Below are positions 53,223 through 63,789 of a stretch of DNA of 64,000 nt, in pieces. The stretch lies in assembly GCA_965116885.1 (NCBI GenBank), contig OZ220741.1, positions 4,096,001 through 4,160,000 on the forward strand, in the 5' to 3' direction. This stretch comes from Candidatus Latescibacterota bacterium. GTDB taxonomy: Bacteria; Latescibacterota; UBA2968. Below the pieces are notes generated by a model that had not been told where the DNA came from, ran no database searches, and worked only from the letters and a program-made list of their open reading frames with translations. The position numbers and the translations under genes were made by a program. Each line of letters opens with the position of its first letter. Within the stretch, counting starts at the first letter, position 1.

Positions 53223-55016
53223 ATGCCCAATAAAATTCGCATACTTCCGGATGATATCGCCAACCGCATCGCTGCTGGGGAAGTGGTTGAGCGGCCTGCG
53301 TCTGTCGCAAAAGAACTGATGGAGAATTCAGTGGATGCGGGATCAGACCGCATTGTAGTTGAAGTTGCTGCCGGCGGCAAGGAAAGCCTGCGGGTCAGTG
53401 ATAACGGATACGGGATGTCGCGCGATGACGCGCTTTTAGCACTTGAACGACACGCGACGAGCAAAATTCAAAGTCTGGACGATCTAAAAGGGTTGCTCAC
53501 ACATGGATTCAGGGGCGAGGCATTGCCCAGTATTGCCGCTGTTTCGCGCATGACCCTTGAAACTCGTCTGGCAGACGCGGTTGAAGGGACGCGAGTGTCC
53601 GTGGTAGGTGGGCGCGTGCAGGATGTATCCGCGATTGGTCGCGGGCAGGGTACGGCTGTTACATTGCACGGCCTATTTTTTAATGTGCCTGCCAGGCGAA
53701 AATTTCTCAAAAGTGTCGATACGGAATTTCGGCATATTGTGAACGCGGTGACGGCTATGGCCATGGCGTACCCCGAGATCGGATTTGACCTCAAGCACAA
53801 TGGACGCCAGGTGCTACAACTGGGCAGGTCGCGCTTTGATCGGCGGGCAGAGCAGATATTTGGCGTGCGATATGGCACAGATGCCATCGGTGTTGAGAGC
53901 AAAGCGAGCGGGATTGAGGTTCGGGGCTTTGTGGGCAAGCCCGAGTCCGCACGGAAATCCGGCGCCCAACAGGTTTTGATTGTCAATAATCGATGGGTAC
54001 AACACAAAGCCATCGGTTTCGCAGTTTACGAAGGATATGGCGGCCTTTTGCCCAAGGGGCTTGCGCCGTCGTATTGCCTCTGTCTGAGCATTGATCCAGC
54101 GCGTGTGGATGTCAATGTCCATCCTTCAAAGCGCGAGGTTCGCTTTGCCGATGAGCGGACAATTTACGGCCTGATCACCCAGGCGGTTCAACAATCGCTG
54201 CGCGGCGCGGATCTGATCCCAGAAATGGGCGATGCTGTTATGTCTGTGGCAGATACACCTGTGAGCATTGCAGAATCTCCCGAGACTACCTATCAGCTCG
54301 GACAGCCCAAAGTTGGCGGACAGCCCCAGATGGCATTGCCCCTGACAATGAGAATGTCGCAGGAGAGAGTAAAGCCGGGGGCCGGGATTAATACCGATGG
54401 TCTCGATGAAGAGGATTTTACACGCATTTCCGTATGGCAACTGCACGGCAAGTACATTTTGGCGCACATCAAAAACGGTTTGATTGCGATTGACCAGCAG
54501 GTTGCCCACCAGAGGATTTTGTACGAACGCGCCATTGACAATATGCATACCCGTCCCGCCACGAGCCAGCGACTGTTGTTTCCGCTTACACTCGATTTTG
54601 GTGTCAAAGAAATTTTTATTGTGCGCGAGGCTATGCCATTGTTGGAAAAAATGGGGTTTGGCATCCGTGATTTTGGGGGGCATACTGTTGTAGTTGATGC
54701 CATTCCCATGGGGCTGAGAACGTGGCAAGATGGGCAACTTTTGAGAGATATGGTCCGCGATATGGCCGAAGCCGAGCAAGCAACTTCTGTTTCGCCGTCC
54801 TTGCAAGCGCGGCAGATTGCACCCGAGGAACATCGGCTCGCATCGGTTTATGCCTGGCACACGTCGATTCGCACAGGTGAGGATTTATCGACAGAAGAAA
54901 TGCGCGCGCTTATCGATCAATTGTTCGCAACGCGAGAACCTTTCGTCAGCCCTTATGGCAAACCAACGCTTGTGAAGATTGGGCTGGATGAAATTGACAA
55001 TCGGTTTAAGCGGTAG
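53223..55016 (+). CDS. mutL: DNA mismatch repair protein MutL
   Basis: IAAGEVVERPASV.KEL.ENS.DAG, HATSKI, GFRGEAL, DVNVHPSKREVRF; start ATG 53223. Confidence 0.96.
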   Translation: MPNKIRILPDDIANRIAAGEVVERPASVAKELMENSVDAGSDRIVVEVAAGGKESLRVSDNGYGMSRDDALLALERHATSKIQSLDDLKGLLTHGFRGEALPSIAAVSRMTLETRLADAVEGTRVSVVGGRVQDVSAIGRGQGTAVTLHGLFFNVPARRKFLKSVDTEFRHIVNAVTAMAMAYPEIGFDLKHNGRQVLQLGRSRFDRRAEQIFGVRYGTDAIGVESKASGIEVRGFVGKPESARKSGAQQVLIVNNRWVQHKAIGFAVYEGYGGLLPKGLAPSYCLCLSIDPARVDVNVHPSKREVRFADERTIYGLITQAVQQSLRGADLIPEMGDAVMSVADTPVSIAESPETTYQLGQPKVGGQPQMALPLTMRMSQERVKPGAGINTDGLDEEDFTRISVWQLHGKYILAHIKNGLIAIDQQVAHQRILYERAIDNMHTRPATSQRLLFPLTLDFGVKEIFIVREAMPLLEKMGFGIRDFGGHTVVVDAIPMGLRTWQDGQLLRDMVRDMAEAEQATSVSPSLQARQIAPEEHRLASVYAWHTSIRTGEDLSTEEMRALIDQLFATREPFVSPYGKPTLVKIGLDEIDNRFKR

Positions 55017-55018
55017 TC

Positions 55019-55939
55019 ATGACCTCATTCCCAGATATTTTGGTGATTGCAGGACCGACGGCATCGGGTAAAACGTCTGTGGGCATTGAACTCGCGCAGA
55101 GATTAAATGGCGAGATTATATCGGCAGATGCGCGGCAGATTTATCGTTTTATGGATATCGGGACGGCAAAGCCGACAGCTGAAGAACGGGTTGCTGCGCG
55201 CCATCATCTCATCAATTTTGTCAATCCCGATAAAGGCTATAGCGCGGGGCAATTTGCCGAAGATGCGTCTGCTGTAATTGGAGATATTTTGCGTCGTGGT
55301 AAGGTGCCCATTGTGGTCGGCGGAGCGGGATTGTATATTCGCGCGTTGTTCGATGGCTTTTCACCTATGCCGAAAATTCCGATAGAGATTCGCGCGCGAT
55401 TGCAGGAAGAGGGAAGAGATAGTCTTCCCAAATTGTACAAGAGGCTGTGTGAGGTCGATTCAGAATGGGCTGCTAAAATTCAGGCGACCGATACACAACG
55501 CATTCTGCGCGGCCTGGAAGTCTATGAAGCATCGGGCAAGCCGCTTTCTGAACATCAGAAGGTGCCGCCAACGCCGCCGATCCGTCATAAGGCATCTTAT
55601 TTTGGTTTGCACTGGGATCGCGAAACACTCTATGACCGGATCAATGCGCGTGCGTGTCTTATGCTCGAGAATGGCCTAATTGAAGAAACGGCAAGCCTTC
55701 GCGACAGGGGATATACTCCCGATTTAAACGCGCTCAATGCATTCGGATACCGGGAAATATTTCAATATCTCAATGGTAAGACGACGCTTGATCGCGCGCT
55801 TGCCGATTTGCAACAGGGTACGCGACGCTACGCCAAACGACAGATGACATTTTTTCGTAGAGATAAGCGCTTCAGGTGGGTAGATGGCAGCGATGATAAT
55901 GTGGCAGATGCCATCTTGCAAAATCTTGAAACATGTTGA
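55019..55939 (+). CDS. miaA: tRNA dimethylallyltransferase
   Basis: GPTASGKT, SADARQIY..MDIGTAKP, TRRYAKRQ. Confidence 0.96.
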   Translation: MTSFPDILVIAGPTASGKTSVGIELAQRLNGEIISADARQIYRFMDIGTAKPTAEERVAARHHLINFVNPDKGYSAGQFAEDASAVIGDILRRGKVPIVVGGAGLYIRALFDGFSPMPKIPIEIRARLQEEGRDSLPKLYKRLCEVDSEWAAKIQATDTQRILRGLEVYEASGKPLSEHQKVPPTPPIRHKASYFGLHWDRETLYDRINARACLMLENGLIEETASLRDRGYTPDLNALNAFGYREIFQYLNGKTTLDRALADLQQGTRRYAKRQMTFFRRDKRFRWVDGSDDNVADAILQNLETC

Positions 55940-55964
55940 CATCCCATGGGAACGCCTGTAAATT
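55936..55964 (+). promoter_or_regulatory. Sigma-70 promoter of tRNA-Gly
   Basis: TTGACA-N17-TAAATT, 16 nt before the tRNA. Confidence 0.7.
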
Positions 55965-55980
55965 GGCTATTCCTTGCGGA

Positions 55981-56056
55981 GCGGGAATAACTCAGTTGGT
56001 AGAGTGCAAGCTTCCCAAGCTTGATGTCGCGGGTTCGAGTCCCGTTTCCCGCTCCA
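55981..56056 (+). tRNA. tRNA-Gly (anticodon CCC)
   Basis: GCGGGAA/TTCCCGC acceptor stem, CAAGC-TTCCCAA-GCTTG anticodon arm, GGTTCGAGT T-loop, encoded CCA. Confidence 0.97.
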
Positions 56057-56072
56057 AAAATAATGAAAATCA

Positions 56073-56111
56073 CGGGCAATCTCAATGCGGGTTGTCCGTT
56101 CTTTTTGTTTT
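56073..56111 (+). terminator. Terminator after tRNA-Gly
   Basis: CGGGCAATC / GGTTGTCCG then a T-rich tract. Confidence 0.65.
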
Positions 56112-56163
56112 ATACATTGGATAAAGCCAATCGGTGCAATTTGTTGTACCTGAAGGAGTTTCC

Positions 56164-56910
56164 ATGGATAATGAAATTCGCATCCACTATGTCAGTCATT
56201 TTCTCAAGCTGAGTTTGTGGTATGCGCGGTTTCTGATGGCGCGGGAGGGAATTGGGTTTGAAAATGCGGTTACTTCTCGGGTTAATGTGTATCGCAATAC
56301 GGATTTTTTCGATGGCAAAAACCATCCGGCGCGAGGGTATGAAGACCCGGATTGGGACGCCTATCTGATGGGTTTAAAGACCATTTTTGATCGCTGTGAA
56401 GGCGAGGCCTGGGAGGAAGAAGGGCTGGCCTATTTGTGGCCCCGCGTGAAAAAGGGTTATAGCAGGCCTTCGACAAAGGGACGTCCTTACGAATGCTGGA
56501 CGTATGACGATGGCGACGATTATATCGCGATCCACATCGGCAATGTATATCAGCCCAAATCGCCTTTGAGTGAAATGCGAGATGCATTTATGGGCACATT
56601 GCTGCAATTGTTAAAGGATACACAGCAGCGACGCTCCGATGTGAAGACTGTGAGGTGTGGCAGTTGGCTCAACTCTGCGCCGCCATTTCAAGACCTATTT
56701 CCCAAAAGTTGGCGCGAGAGCGCAATAGTGAGTCCAAAAGCGGGATATACGATGGGGCATTGGGGGCAATTTATGGACCGCACGGGGCGGTTTCATATAA
56801 AAAATGGCGCACATTTGCGGGCAACAGGGGAGTTTCTCTATCCCTGTTCGACCTGTTATGCACCGATTGATGAGATTGTGGCGCATTTGGAGGCTATGGT
56901 GGAGGGCTGA
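56164..56910 (+). CDS. Hypothetical protein, possibly with a GNAT-like C-terminal fold
   Basis: AAGGAG RBS; IAIHIGN and RCGSWLN motifs recall acyltransferase-like proteins. Confidence 0.6.
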   Translation: MDNEIRIHYVSHFLKLSLWYARFLMAREGIGFENAVTSRVNVYRNTDFFDGKNHPARGYEDPDWDAYLMGLKTIFDRCEGEAWEEEGLAYLWPRVKKGYSRPSTKGRPYECWTYDDGDDYIAIHIGNVYQPKSPLSEMRDAFMGTLLQLLKDTQQRRSDVKTVRCGSWLNSAPPFQDLFPKSWRESAIVSPKAGYTMGHWGQFMDRTGRFHIKNGAHLRATGEFLYPCSTCYAPIDEIVAHLEAMVEG

Positions 56911-56958
56911 ACGAATCAGCGAATCGAAGCCCGTAACGACTTTGGGTGGCGGGGTGGG

Positions 56959-56990
56959 ATTCGTCTATTCGTCTATTCGTCTATTCGTCT
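56959..56990. repeat. Perfect 8-bp tandem repeat (ATTCGTCT)x4
   Basis: Read directly; contains the stop codon of the MFS gene. Confidence 0.95.
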
Positions 56991-58217
56991 TTCCAGAGTC
57001 TCGGGAACGAGGAAGAGGAAGATACCCGCTGCGGAAAGGCCGATGCCTGCAATAGCCAATGCTGCAGGTGATAGGCCGAGGAAGTCGGCGACATAACCGA
57101 CGCATACGGGTCCAGACATGCGCCCGCCATCGCCGATGAGGCGCCAGAGGCCCAAAAATTCGCTCAAGGCATCGCGGGGTGCAAGGTCGGCACCCAGGGT
57201 CATCATGGCTCCTGAACTGAGGCCATTGCCAAATCCGAGCAGACTGGCGGGGAACAAGAGGGCGATAAATTCTCCCGTGATGAGATCGAGAAAGAAAAAG
57301 GACAGATTGAGGTGGGGAGCAAAGAATTCTGTGAGTGGGATAAGTGCCATACCAATAGCCTGTAGCGCGAAGCTGGGTACATTGGCGAATTTGCGTCCAA
57401 AGCGGTCCATGATGACCCCTGCTGGATAGAACATCATCATGTCGATAAAGCCCGATATAGACATAATGAGCCCGATTTGCTCATATCCCAGGTCAAGGAC
57501 TTCGGCGCCGTAGAGCGGTATGATGATGTAGCGACCACTGCGAATGGTTTGGGCAAAGAGTTGACCTGTACCTGCGGTGATCAGATTTTTGCTGTGGATG
57601 CGAAAGATGTTGGCGAAGTGGCGCACAAGGCCGTGTTGCGGTGGCGATACGCGCTTGCGGGAGGCCTCGACGGCGATTGCCGCGACTACTGCGGATAGGA
57701 GTGAGATGCCGCCATAAACGAGGAATGGATATTCTACTGAGGTGGCCGAGGCAATATAGCCACCGATGACAGGTCCCAAAAAGGTGCCGATGCGGCTGAT
57801 GCCGCCAAATACAGAAAGGGCACGGCCCCTCTGGTGGACGGCTGTGGCATCGGCCAGATAAGCATACCGCGAGATGTCCCAAAGTGCGCCACCGATTCCG
57901 CCCACAAAGCGCAACAGGAAGACCACAAAGATAGAGGGCGCAAAAAAGAGGCCCGCGCCGCACAATGCAACTGTTATGACCCCCAATAGCATCGCGGATT
58001 TGCGACCGATGCGGTTGAGTACCATGGCCGCGGGTAGGTCACCAACGAGGTGACCAATACCCTCGGCAGCGAGCACGAGGCCGACGAGGCCATAGGAAAT
58101 ATCAAACGATTTGGCGTAGAGCGGCAATATGGGGACGAGCAGACCACTGCCCAGTCTGAGTAGAAAAGTAGGAATAAAGACGGGAAGGATAAGGGGGTTG
58201 CGGATGATTGAGTTCAT
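56973..58217 (-). CDS. MFS transporter
   Basis: About 12 TMs; NRIGRK and MDRFGRK motif A; RGRALS. Confidence 0.92.
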   Translation of the reverse strand: MNSIIRNPLILPVFIPTFLLRLGSGLLVPILPLYAKSFDISYGLVGLVLAAEGIGHLVGDLPAAMVLNRIGRKSAMLLGVITVALCGAGLFFAPSIFVVFLLRFVGGIGGALWDISRYAYLADATAVHQRGRALSVFGGISRIGTFLGPVIGGYIASATSVEYPFLVYGGISLLSAVVAAIAVEASRKRVSPPQHGLVRHFANIFRIHSKNLITAGTGQLFAQTIRSGRYIIIPLYGAEVLDLGYEQIGLIMSISGFIDMMMFYPAGVIMDRFGRKFANVPSFALQAIGMALIPLTEFFAPHLNLSFFFLDLITGEFIALLFPASLLGFGNGLSSGAMMTLGADLAPRDALSEFLGLWRLIGDGGRMSGPVCVGYVADFLGLSPAALAIAGIGLSAAGIFLFLVPETLERRIDE

Positions 58218-58262
58218 TGAACTAAAAAACGAAAATAAAAACTAAAAAGCAACCACAACACA

Positions 58263-58994
58263 ATGGATTTTCCAATACGCGAAATATGTTATGCGAGTAG
58301 TATTTTTTGGATTGCGGGTAGCTTGCAGGGGTTGACAGGGTTTGGGTTTAACCTGCTTTCTATACCGGCGATGGTTTTGTGGTTTCCCGCCCAGGTGGTT
58401 GTGCCCGGGGTTTTGATGTCTTATTTACCTTTGGGAACTGGACAGTTTATTCAACTGAGGCGGGATGTGGATTGGAAGGTGCTGGGGATGATTGTGGGGA
58501 GTGCGATTGTGGGCATGCCTTTGGGCGCGTTTGTGTTACGCGATACAGATGCAGAGGTGATGAAACGCGCCATTGGTCTGGCGATGGTGGTATTGGCAAT
58601 TGTTTTGCAATTGCGACCGGGTAATCCTTTTCGACACGATGCACTGACCTGTGGGGGGGTGGGTATGTTCAGCGGTTTTTTGTCGTCGAGTATCGGTGTA
58701 TCTGGACCGCCTATCGTTCTGTTTGGGCTGAAACAGCGCTGGCCGCAGGCGATGATGCGCGCAACGCTTTTGACCTGTTTTTTGTGTACTTCCACGTTGA
58801 GTCTCTGTGTGTTGTGGGCAGTAGGGGTGTTGACGCTTGAGAGTTTGCAATTCGTCCTCTGGGGTGCGCCGGGTTTGATTTTGGGATTTTTGACCGCGAC
58901 CTATCTCCGCGCACGGGTTCACCAGGTGGCGGTGTTTCGCTGGATTTCGATTGGGATGGTGATGGCAGGTGGATTGGCCGCGGCGATTTTTTAA
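58263..58994 (+). CDS. Sulfite exporter TauE/SafE family protein
   Basis: QGLTGFGF, G.PLGA, GVSGPP, RATL. Confidence 0.88.
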   Translation: MDFPIREICYASSIFWIAGSLQGLTGFGFNLLSIPAMVLWFPAQVVVPGVLMSYLPLGTGQFIQLRRDVDWKVLGMIVGSAIVGMPLGAFVLRDTDAEVMKRAIGLAMVVLAIVLQLRPGNPFRHDALTCGGVGMFSGFLSSSIGVSGPPIVLFGLKQRWPQAMMRATLLTCFLCTSTLSLCVLWAVGVLTLESLQFVLWGAPGLILGFLTATYLRARVHQVAVFRWISIGMVMAGGLAAAIF

Positions 58995-59006
58995 TGATGG
59001 GCAAGT

Positions 59007-59070
59007 GCGTGCCTGTCAGTTGATTAAACTCAACGACCTGTTGATTGGTCAGGCACGCTATTTATTTTAT
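59007..59070 (+). terminator. Long hairpin between the tauE-like gene and metH
   Basis: GCGTGCCTG.TCAGTTGA / TTGATTGG.CAGGCACGC then an AT-rich tail. Confidence 0.55.
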
Positions 59071-59117
59071 CTTTGTCCTCAACTATTTCCTGTTCAACCG
59101 AATAAGAGAAAAGATGT

Positions 59118-62100
59118 ATGCGCGATATAGATACAACCATTCGCAACTTGATGTCAGAGCGCATTCTGCTGCTCGATGGGGCGATGGCTACGATGCTTCA
59201 GGCTTATGATCTGGACGAGCGAGCGTTTCGAGGCGATGGCTTTGCGGACCATCCCGTTGATCTGAAGGGATGTAGCGATCTCTTGTGCCTGACGCAGCCA
59301 CATTTGATCGCGGATATTCATCGGCGATTTTTGGATGCTGGAGCAGATATTATCGAGACAAATACGTTTAATGCCACGCCGATTTCAATGGCGGAATATC
59401 AGCTTCAGGACCGGGTTTACGACCTCAACGTAGCAGCCGCGCAGGTTGCGCGAAGAGTAGTTGATGAGGTGACAGTGCAAAATCCGGATAAGCCGCGATT
59501 TGTTGCGGGTGCTCTGGGACCAACGAGTTGTACGCTTTCGCTCTCGCCCAATGTGAATGATCCGGCTTTTCGCACGCATACATTTGAAGATGTGGTCAAT
59601 GGGTATTACGCGCAGATCGAGGGTTTGATGGCAGGGGGAGTGGATATAATCCTGGTGGAGACGGTGTTCGATACGCTTACGGCCAAAGCCGCGCTGTTTG
59701 CAGTGTCGCGTTATTTTTCGGATTGCGGTGTAAAAGTGCCCGTGATGATTTCTGGCACAGTAGCCGATCAAAGCGGACGCACATTGTCCGGTCAGACCAT
59801 AGAGGCATTCTGGTTGTCGGTGGCGCACGCGCAGCCCTTGAGTGTGGGGATTAACTGCGCCCTCGGTGCGCGGGAAATGCGGCCCTATGTGGAGGCTTTG
59901 TCGCATTTTGCACCGGCGTTTATGAGTTGTTATCCCAATGCAGGTTTGCCCAATGAGTTTGGGGAATACGACGATACTCCAGGTCATATGGCGGGTGTTT
60001 TGGGCGATTTTGCCGCGCAGGGTTGGCTCAATATCGTGGGCGGATGTTGTGGCACTACCCCCGAATATATCGCTGCGATTGCCGAGGCTGTATCCGATAA
60101 GGCACCGAGAAAAATTCCCGAGCGGCCTTCTGTGTCGCGGTTTAGCGGTTTGGAGCCGATGATTATTTATCCCGACTCCAATTTTATTATGATTGGCGAG
60201 CGCACCAATGTGACGGGGTCGCGGCGGTTTGCGCGGTTGATCAAAACGGGCGATTATGCAGCGGCCCTGGCGGTTGCGCGAGAGCAGGTGGTCGGTGGTG
60301 CGAATATGATCGATGTCAATATGGACGAGGGGTTGCTCGATTCAAAAGATGCTATGGCGACATTTTTAAAGCTGATCGCGGGCGAACCCGATATTGCGCG
60401 CGTGCCAATTGTGATTGACAGTTCCGATTTTGAGGTGATTGAGGCCGGGTTAAAATGTGTGCAAGGGAAGGCGATTGTCAATTCTATCAGTTTGAAAGAG
60501 GGCGAGGCGGTTTTTAAGTCGCAGGCGGAAACCGTCTTGCGCTATGGTGCTGCGGTTGTGGTAATGGCATTTGATGAAAAAGGGCAGGCGACTTCAATTG
60601 AAGATAAGGTGCGGATTTGCCGGCGCGCATATCGCATTTTGACAGAAGATGTGGGGATGGACCCATCGGATATTATTTTTGATCCGAATATTCTGACCGT
60701 TGCAACGGGTATTGAAGAGCATAACGATTATGCAGTCAATTTTATCGAGGCAGTGAAGCAGATCAAAGATCTGTGCCCGGGCGCGAAGACGAGTGGTGGC
60801 GTGAGCAATATTTCATTCTCTTTTCGGGGTAATGATTATGTGCGAGAGGCGATTCACGCGGCTTTCTTGTATCACGCGATTCAGGCGGGGCTGGATATGG
60901 GCATTGTCAATGCCGGACAGTTGATGGTGTATGAGGAAATCCCCGAGAATTTGTGCGTGCTGATTGAAGATGTGTTGTTCAACAGGCGGGAAGATGCAAC
61001 GGAACGGCTGGTGGATTTTGCTGAGTCTGTGCGGTCAGAGGGCAGGAGTCGTGAAAAAGACGATGCATGGCGACAGGGACCGGTTGAAGATCGCTTGAAG
61101 CACGCGCTGTTGCACGGGCAGTCAGAGCATCTTGAAGAGGATTTGGAAGAGGCACTTGGCAGGTACAAACCGCTGGAGATGATTGAAGGTCCATTGATGG
61201 ATGGGATGAATGTGGTGGGCGATTTGTTTGGCGCAGGCAAAATGTTTTTGCCCCAGGTGGTCAAAACAGCGCGCGTGATGAAGCAGGCGGTGGCGTATCT
61301 CGAGCCTTTGATGGAAGATGAGAAGGCAGGCGGTAGAGCACGGGGCAAGGTTCTGATGGCGACGGTGAAGGGCGATGTACACGATATTGGCAAGAATATT
61401 GTGGGCGTGGTTTTGGGGTGCAATAATTACGAGGTTATAGATTTGGGGGTGATGGTGCCCGCAGATCGCATTTTGAAAGTGGCACGAGAAAAAGAGGTCG
61501 ATATTATCGGGCTGAGCGGTTTGATTACACCGTCGCTCAATGAGATGGTCCATGTTGCGGGGGAGATGCAGCGAGAAGCGTTTGACGTGCCCCTTTTAAT
61601 TGGGGGAGCGACCACGAGCCGCAAGCATACGGCGGTGAAAATTGCGCCGGTTTACGATTATGCAACCGTGCATGTGAAGGATGCTTCGCGCGCAACAGGT
61701 GTGGTGGGTACGCTGTTGAACGCAGAGCAGCGCGATGAGTATGTACAGACAAATCGCGAGTCGCAGCAGCGAGCACTGGCAGAGTTCAATATTTCTCAGA
61801 GGCCGCTTATTTCGTACTCGGATGCTCTATCGCGTCACCAGATGTTTGATTGGGCACAGATTGATCTTCCCAGACCCAGTTTTACAGGTGCTCAGGCTTT
61901 GCGCGATTTCCCAATTTCCCAATTGGTCGATTTTATCGACTGGGGACCGTTTTTCCACGCATGGGAACTGCGAGGCAGTTATCCAAAGATATTGAATGAT
62001 CCTCACAAGGGCGCAGAGGCGCGCAAATTGTTCGAGGACGCGCAGGCAATGCTCCAGGTGATTGTCGATGAGGGATGGCTCAAGGCACAGGCTGTGTACG

Positions 62101-62774
62101 GATTTTTCCCTGCAAATACCGATGGCGACGATATTGTCGTGTTTGAAGATGAGTGCAGAGATACCGAGCGGGCGCGGTTGCACATGTTGCGCCAGCAGCA
62201 GGCAAAACGCACGGGAGGACCGCATTTTTCACTGGCGGATTTTGTCGCACCCGTCGGATACGCAGATTATATCGGGGCATTTGCCGTGACGGCCGGATTG
62301 GGCGTTGATGCAAAAGCCGCGGCGTTCAAGCACGCACTGGATGATTACAATGCCATTTTGCTCCAGGCTGTGGCGGACCGCCTGGCTGAGGCGTTTGCCG
62401 AGTTTTTGCACGCGAAGGCACGGCGAGATTGGGGATATGGTCTGGACGAGGCGTTGAGCAATGAGGATTTGATCCGGGAGAGATATCGCGGGATTCGCCC
62501 CGCGCCCGGTTATCCCGCCTGTCCGGATCACACGGAGAAGCAGACTTTGTTTGATTTGCTCGGGGTTGAGCGAGAGACGGAGATTCAGTTGACGGAAAAT
62601 TTTGCGATGTCCCCAGCGGCTTCGGTCAGCGGCTGGTATCTCGCACATCCCGAGGCGCGCTATTTTGCCGTGGGCAAGATCGACGCGGATCAGGTGACCG
62701 ATTACGCACAACGGAAGGGGATGCAGATGGACGAGATGGAACGCTGGCTGGCGCCGAATTTGGGGTATAAGTAG
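59118..62774 (+). CDS. metH: Cobalamin-dependent methionine synthase
   Basis: GGCCGTTP Zn site, [10 protein letters not shown] pterin domain, DVHDIG B12 motif, [12 protein letters not shown] reactivation domain. Confidence 0.98.
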   Translation: MRDIDTTIRNLMSERILLLDGAMATMLQAYDLDERAFRGDGFADHPVDLKGCSDLLCLTQPHLIADIHRRFLDAGADIIETNTFNATPISMAEYQLQDRVYDLNVAAAQVARRVVDEVTVQNPDKPRFVAGALGPTSCTLSLSPNVNDPAFRTHTFEDVVNGYYAQIEGLMAGGVDIILVETVFDTLTAKAALFAVSRYFSDCGVKVPVMISGTVADQSGRTLSGQTIEAFWLSVAHAQPLSVGINCALGAREMRPYVEALSHFAPAFMSCYPNAGLPNEFGEYDDTPGHMAGVLGDFAAQGWLNIVGGCCGTTPEYIAAIAEAVSDKAPRKIPERPSVSRFSGLEPMIIYPDSNFIMIGERTNVTGSRRFARLIKTGDYAAALAVAREQVVGGANMIDVNMDEGLLDSKDAMATFLKLIAGEPDIARVPIVIDSSDFEVIEAGLKCVQGKAIVNSISLKEGEAVFKSQAETVLRYGAAVVVMAFDEKGQATSIEDKVRICRRAYRILTEDVGMDPSDIIFDPNILTVATGIEEHNDYAVNFIEAVKQIKDLCPGAKTSGGVSNISFSFRGNDYVREAIHAAFLYHAIQAGLDMGIVNAGQLMVYEEIPENLCVLIEDVLFNRREDATERLVDFAESVRSEGRSREKDDAWRQGPVEDRLKHALLHGQSEHLEEDLEEALGRYKPLEMIEGPLMDGMNVVGDLFGAGKMFLPQVVKTARVMKQAVAYLEPLMEDEKAGGRARGKVLMATVKGDVHDIGKNIVGVVLGCNNYEVIDLGVMVPADRILKVAREKEVDIIGLSGLITPSLNEMVHVAGEMQREAFDVPLLIGGATTSRKHTAVKIAPVYDYATVHVKDASRATGVVGTLLNAEQRDEYVQTNRESQQRALAEFNISQRPLISYSDALSRHQMFDWAQIDLPRPSFTGAQALRDFPISQLVDFIDWGPFFHAWELRGSYPKILNDPHKGAEARKLFEDAQAMLQVIVDEGWLKAQAVYGFFPANTDGDDIVVFEDECRDTERARLHMLRQQQAKRTGGPHFSLADFVAPVGYADYIGAFAVTAGLGVDAKAAAFKHALDDYNAILLQAVADRLAEAFAEFLHAKARRDWGYGLDEALSNEDLIRERYRGIRPAPGYPACPDHTEKQTLFDLLGVERETEIQLTENFAMSPAASVSGWYLAHPEARYFAVGKIDADQVTDYAQRKGMQMDEMERWLAPNLGYK

Positions 62775-62808
62775 TATCCGCAGATGTACGCAGATAAAAG
62801 ACGAGAGT

Positions 62809-63789
62809 ATGAACAAGGCTTATGTTGAGCGACGCGATGAAGGCTATTGGATTGTAAATACTCGAGTATCCCTGGATACCATCGTTTATGCTTTTCTGGA
62901 TGGACAATCTCCCGAGAGCATTGCCCAATCGCTTCCTGTACTGACACTTGAACAGATATATGGATCTATTGCATTCTATCTTGCTCACCAGCCAGAGGTT
63001 GAGACATATCTTGAGAGAGCGAAAACAGATTTCGAGACAAAGCGAAAAGCGTCTCGGGAATCAGATCCTGTATTTTATCAGAAATTAGCGGATACACGCG
63101 TCGTCTTGGAACAATTTGCAAATGAGTATGACATGAGCAAAAATTCTGATGATTCTGAAAAGGTTAGTTGGTGGACGAATGGCTGGGAAATTTTTGGGAA
63201 ATTTATGGCTATTGTGACTTGTACTGGTGTAATAGTTACAATATATATAAATCTGTCCCCAAGTGGCCCTGATTTAGTAGGGTATGGTTGGCACACAAGC
63301 TTGTATTATCCACCCCAATTTAAGGCAGCGCACGATAGTCTAAAAAATGTAACCACTTCGCACTACCTATATGATTTCATTGAGGAAAGAGACTCTACTA
63401 TATCCCAAGATTCTTTACAACGTATTGTTTCTGAACTCTCAGATTCGATTCAAGCTATCTTTGAGGAAGACTTTGTCTATTATCGAGGCTATGTGGTCAT
63501 CAAAATACGAAACGAAGGAGATAGAGTAGCATCAGATATTGTTCTCGATATTCCACGTCGCGGAATCGCTCTTATTACTCATCCAGACACAGTCCAATAT
63601 GTAACTCGGGTAGATAGAAATGTGTCCTTGAATAACCTCAGACCAGGCAATATTGTTGAAGTGCAGATCTGGACAGAGCGTCATATATTTACATCGGACG
63701 AAGGCACTCTCCAGATCACATACGATAGAGGGGTCGGGAGTATCTCCTTTAGCAAAGAATTTTCAGGAATGTGGAGAATCTATCGCTGA
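62809..63789 (+). CDS. DUF433 (antitoxin-type HTH) domain fused in frame to an unrelated membrane-anchored domain
   Basis: TRVSLDTIV.AF..G.SPE.I....P.LTL.QIY..I.FY is DUF433-like; followed by MSKNS.., a TM helix and IRNEG..A..I beta domain; AT-rich. Confidence 0.65.
   Translation: MNKAYVERRDEGYWIVNTRVSLDTIVYAFLDGQSPESIAQSLPVLTLEQIYGSIAFYLAHQPEVETYLERAKTDFETKRKASRESDPVFYQKLADTRVVLEQFANEYDMSKNSDDSEKVSWWTNGWEIFGKFMAIVTCTGVIVTIYINLSPSGPDLVGYGWHTSLYYPPQFKAAHDSLKNVTTSHYLYDFIEERDSTISQDSLQRIVSELSDSIQAIFEEDFVYYRGYVVIKIRNEGDRVASDIVLDIPRRGIALITHPDTVQYVTRVDRNVSLNNLRPGNIVEVQIWTERHIFTSDEGTLQITYDRGVGSISFSKEFSGMWRIYR

Noticed and set aside
55981..56056. tRNA-Gly as an island integration site
   Set aside because: No integrase and no duplicated tRNA 3' end seen in the window.
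58995..59117. SAM, SAH or cobalamin riboswitch before metH
   Set aside because: Only a simple hairpin; the conserved cores of those riboswitches are missing.
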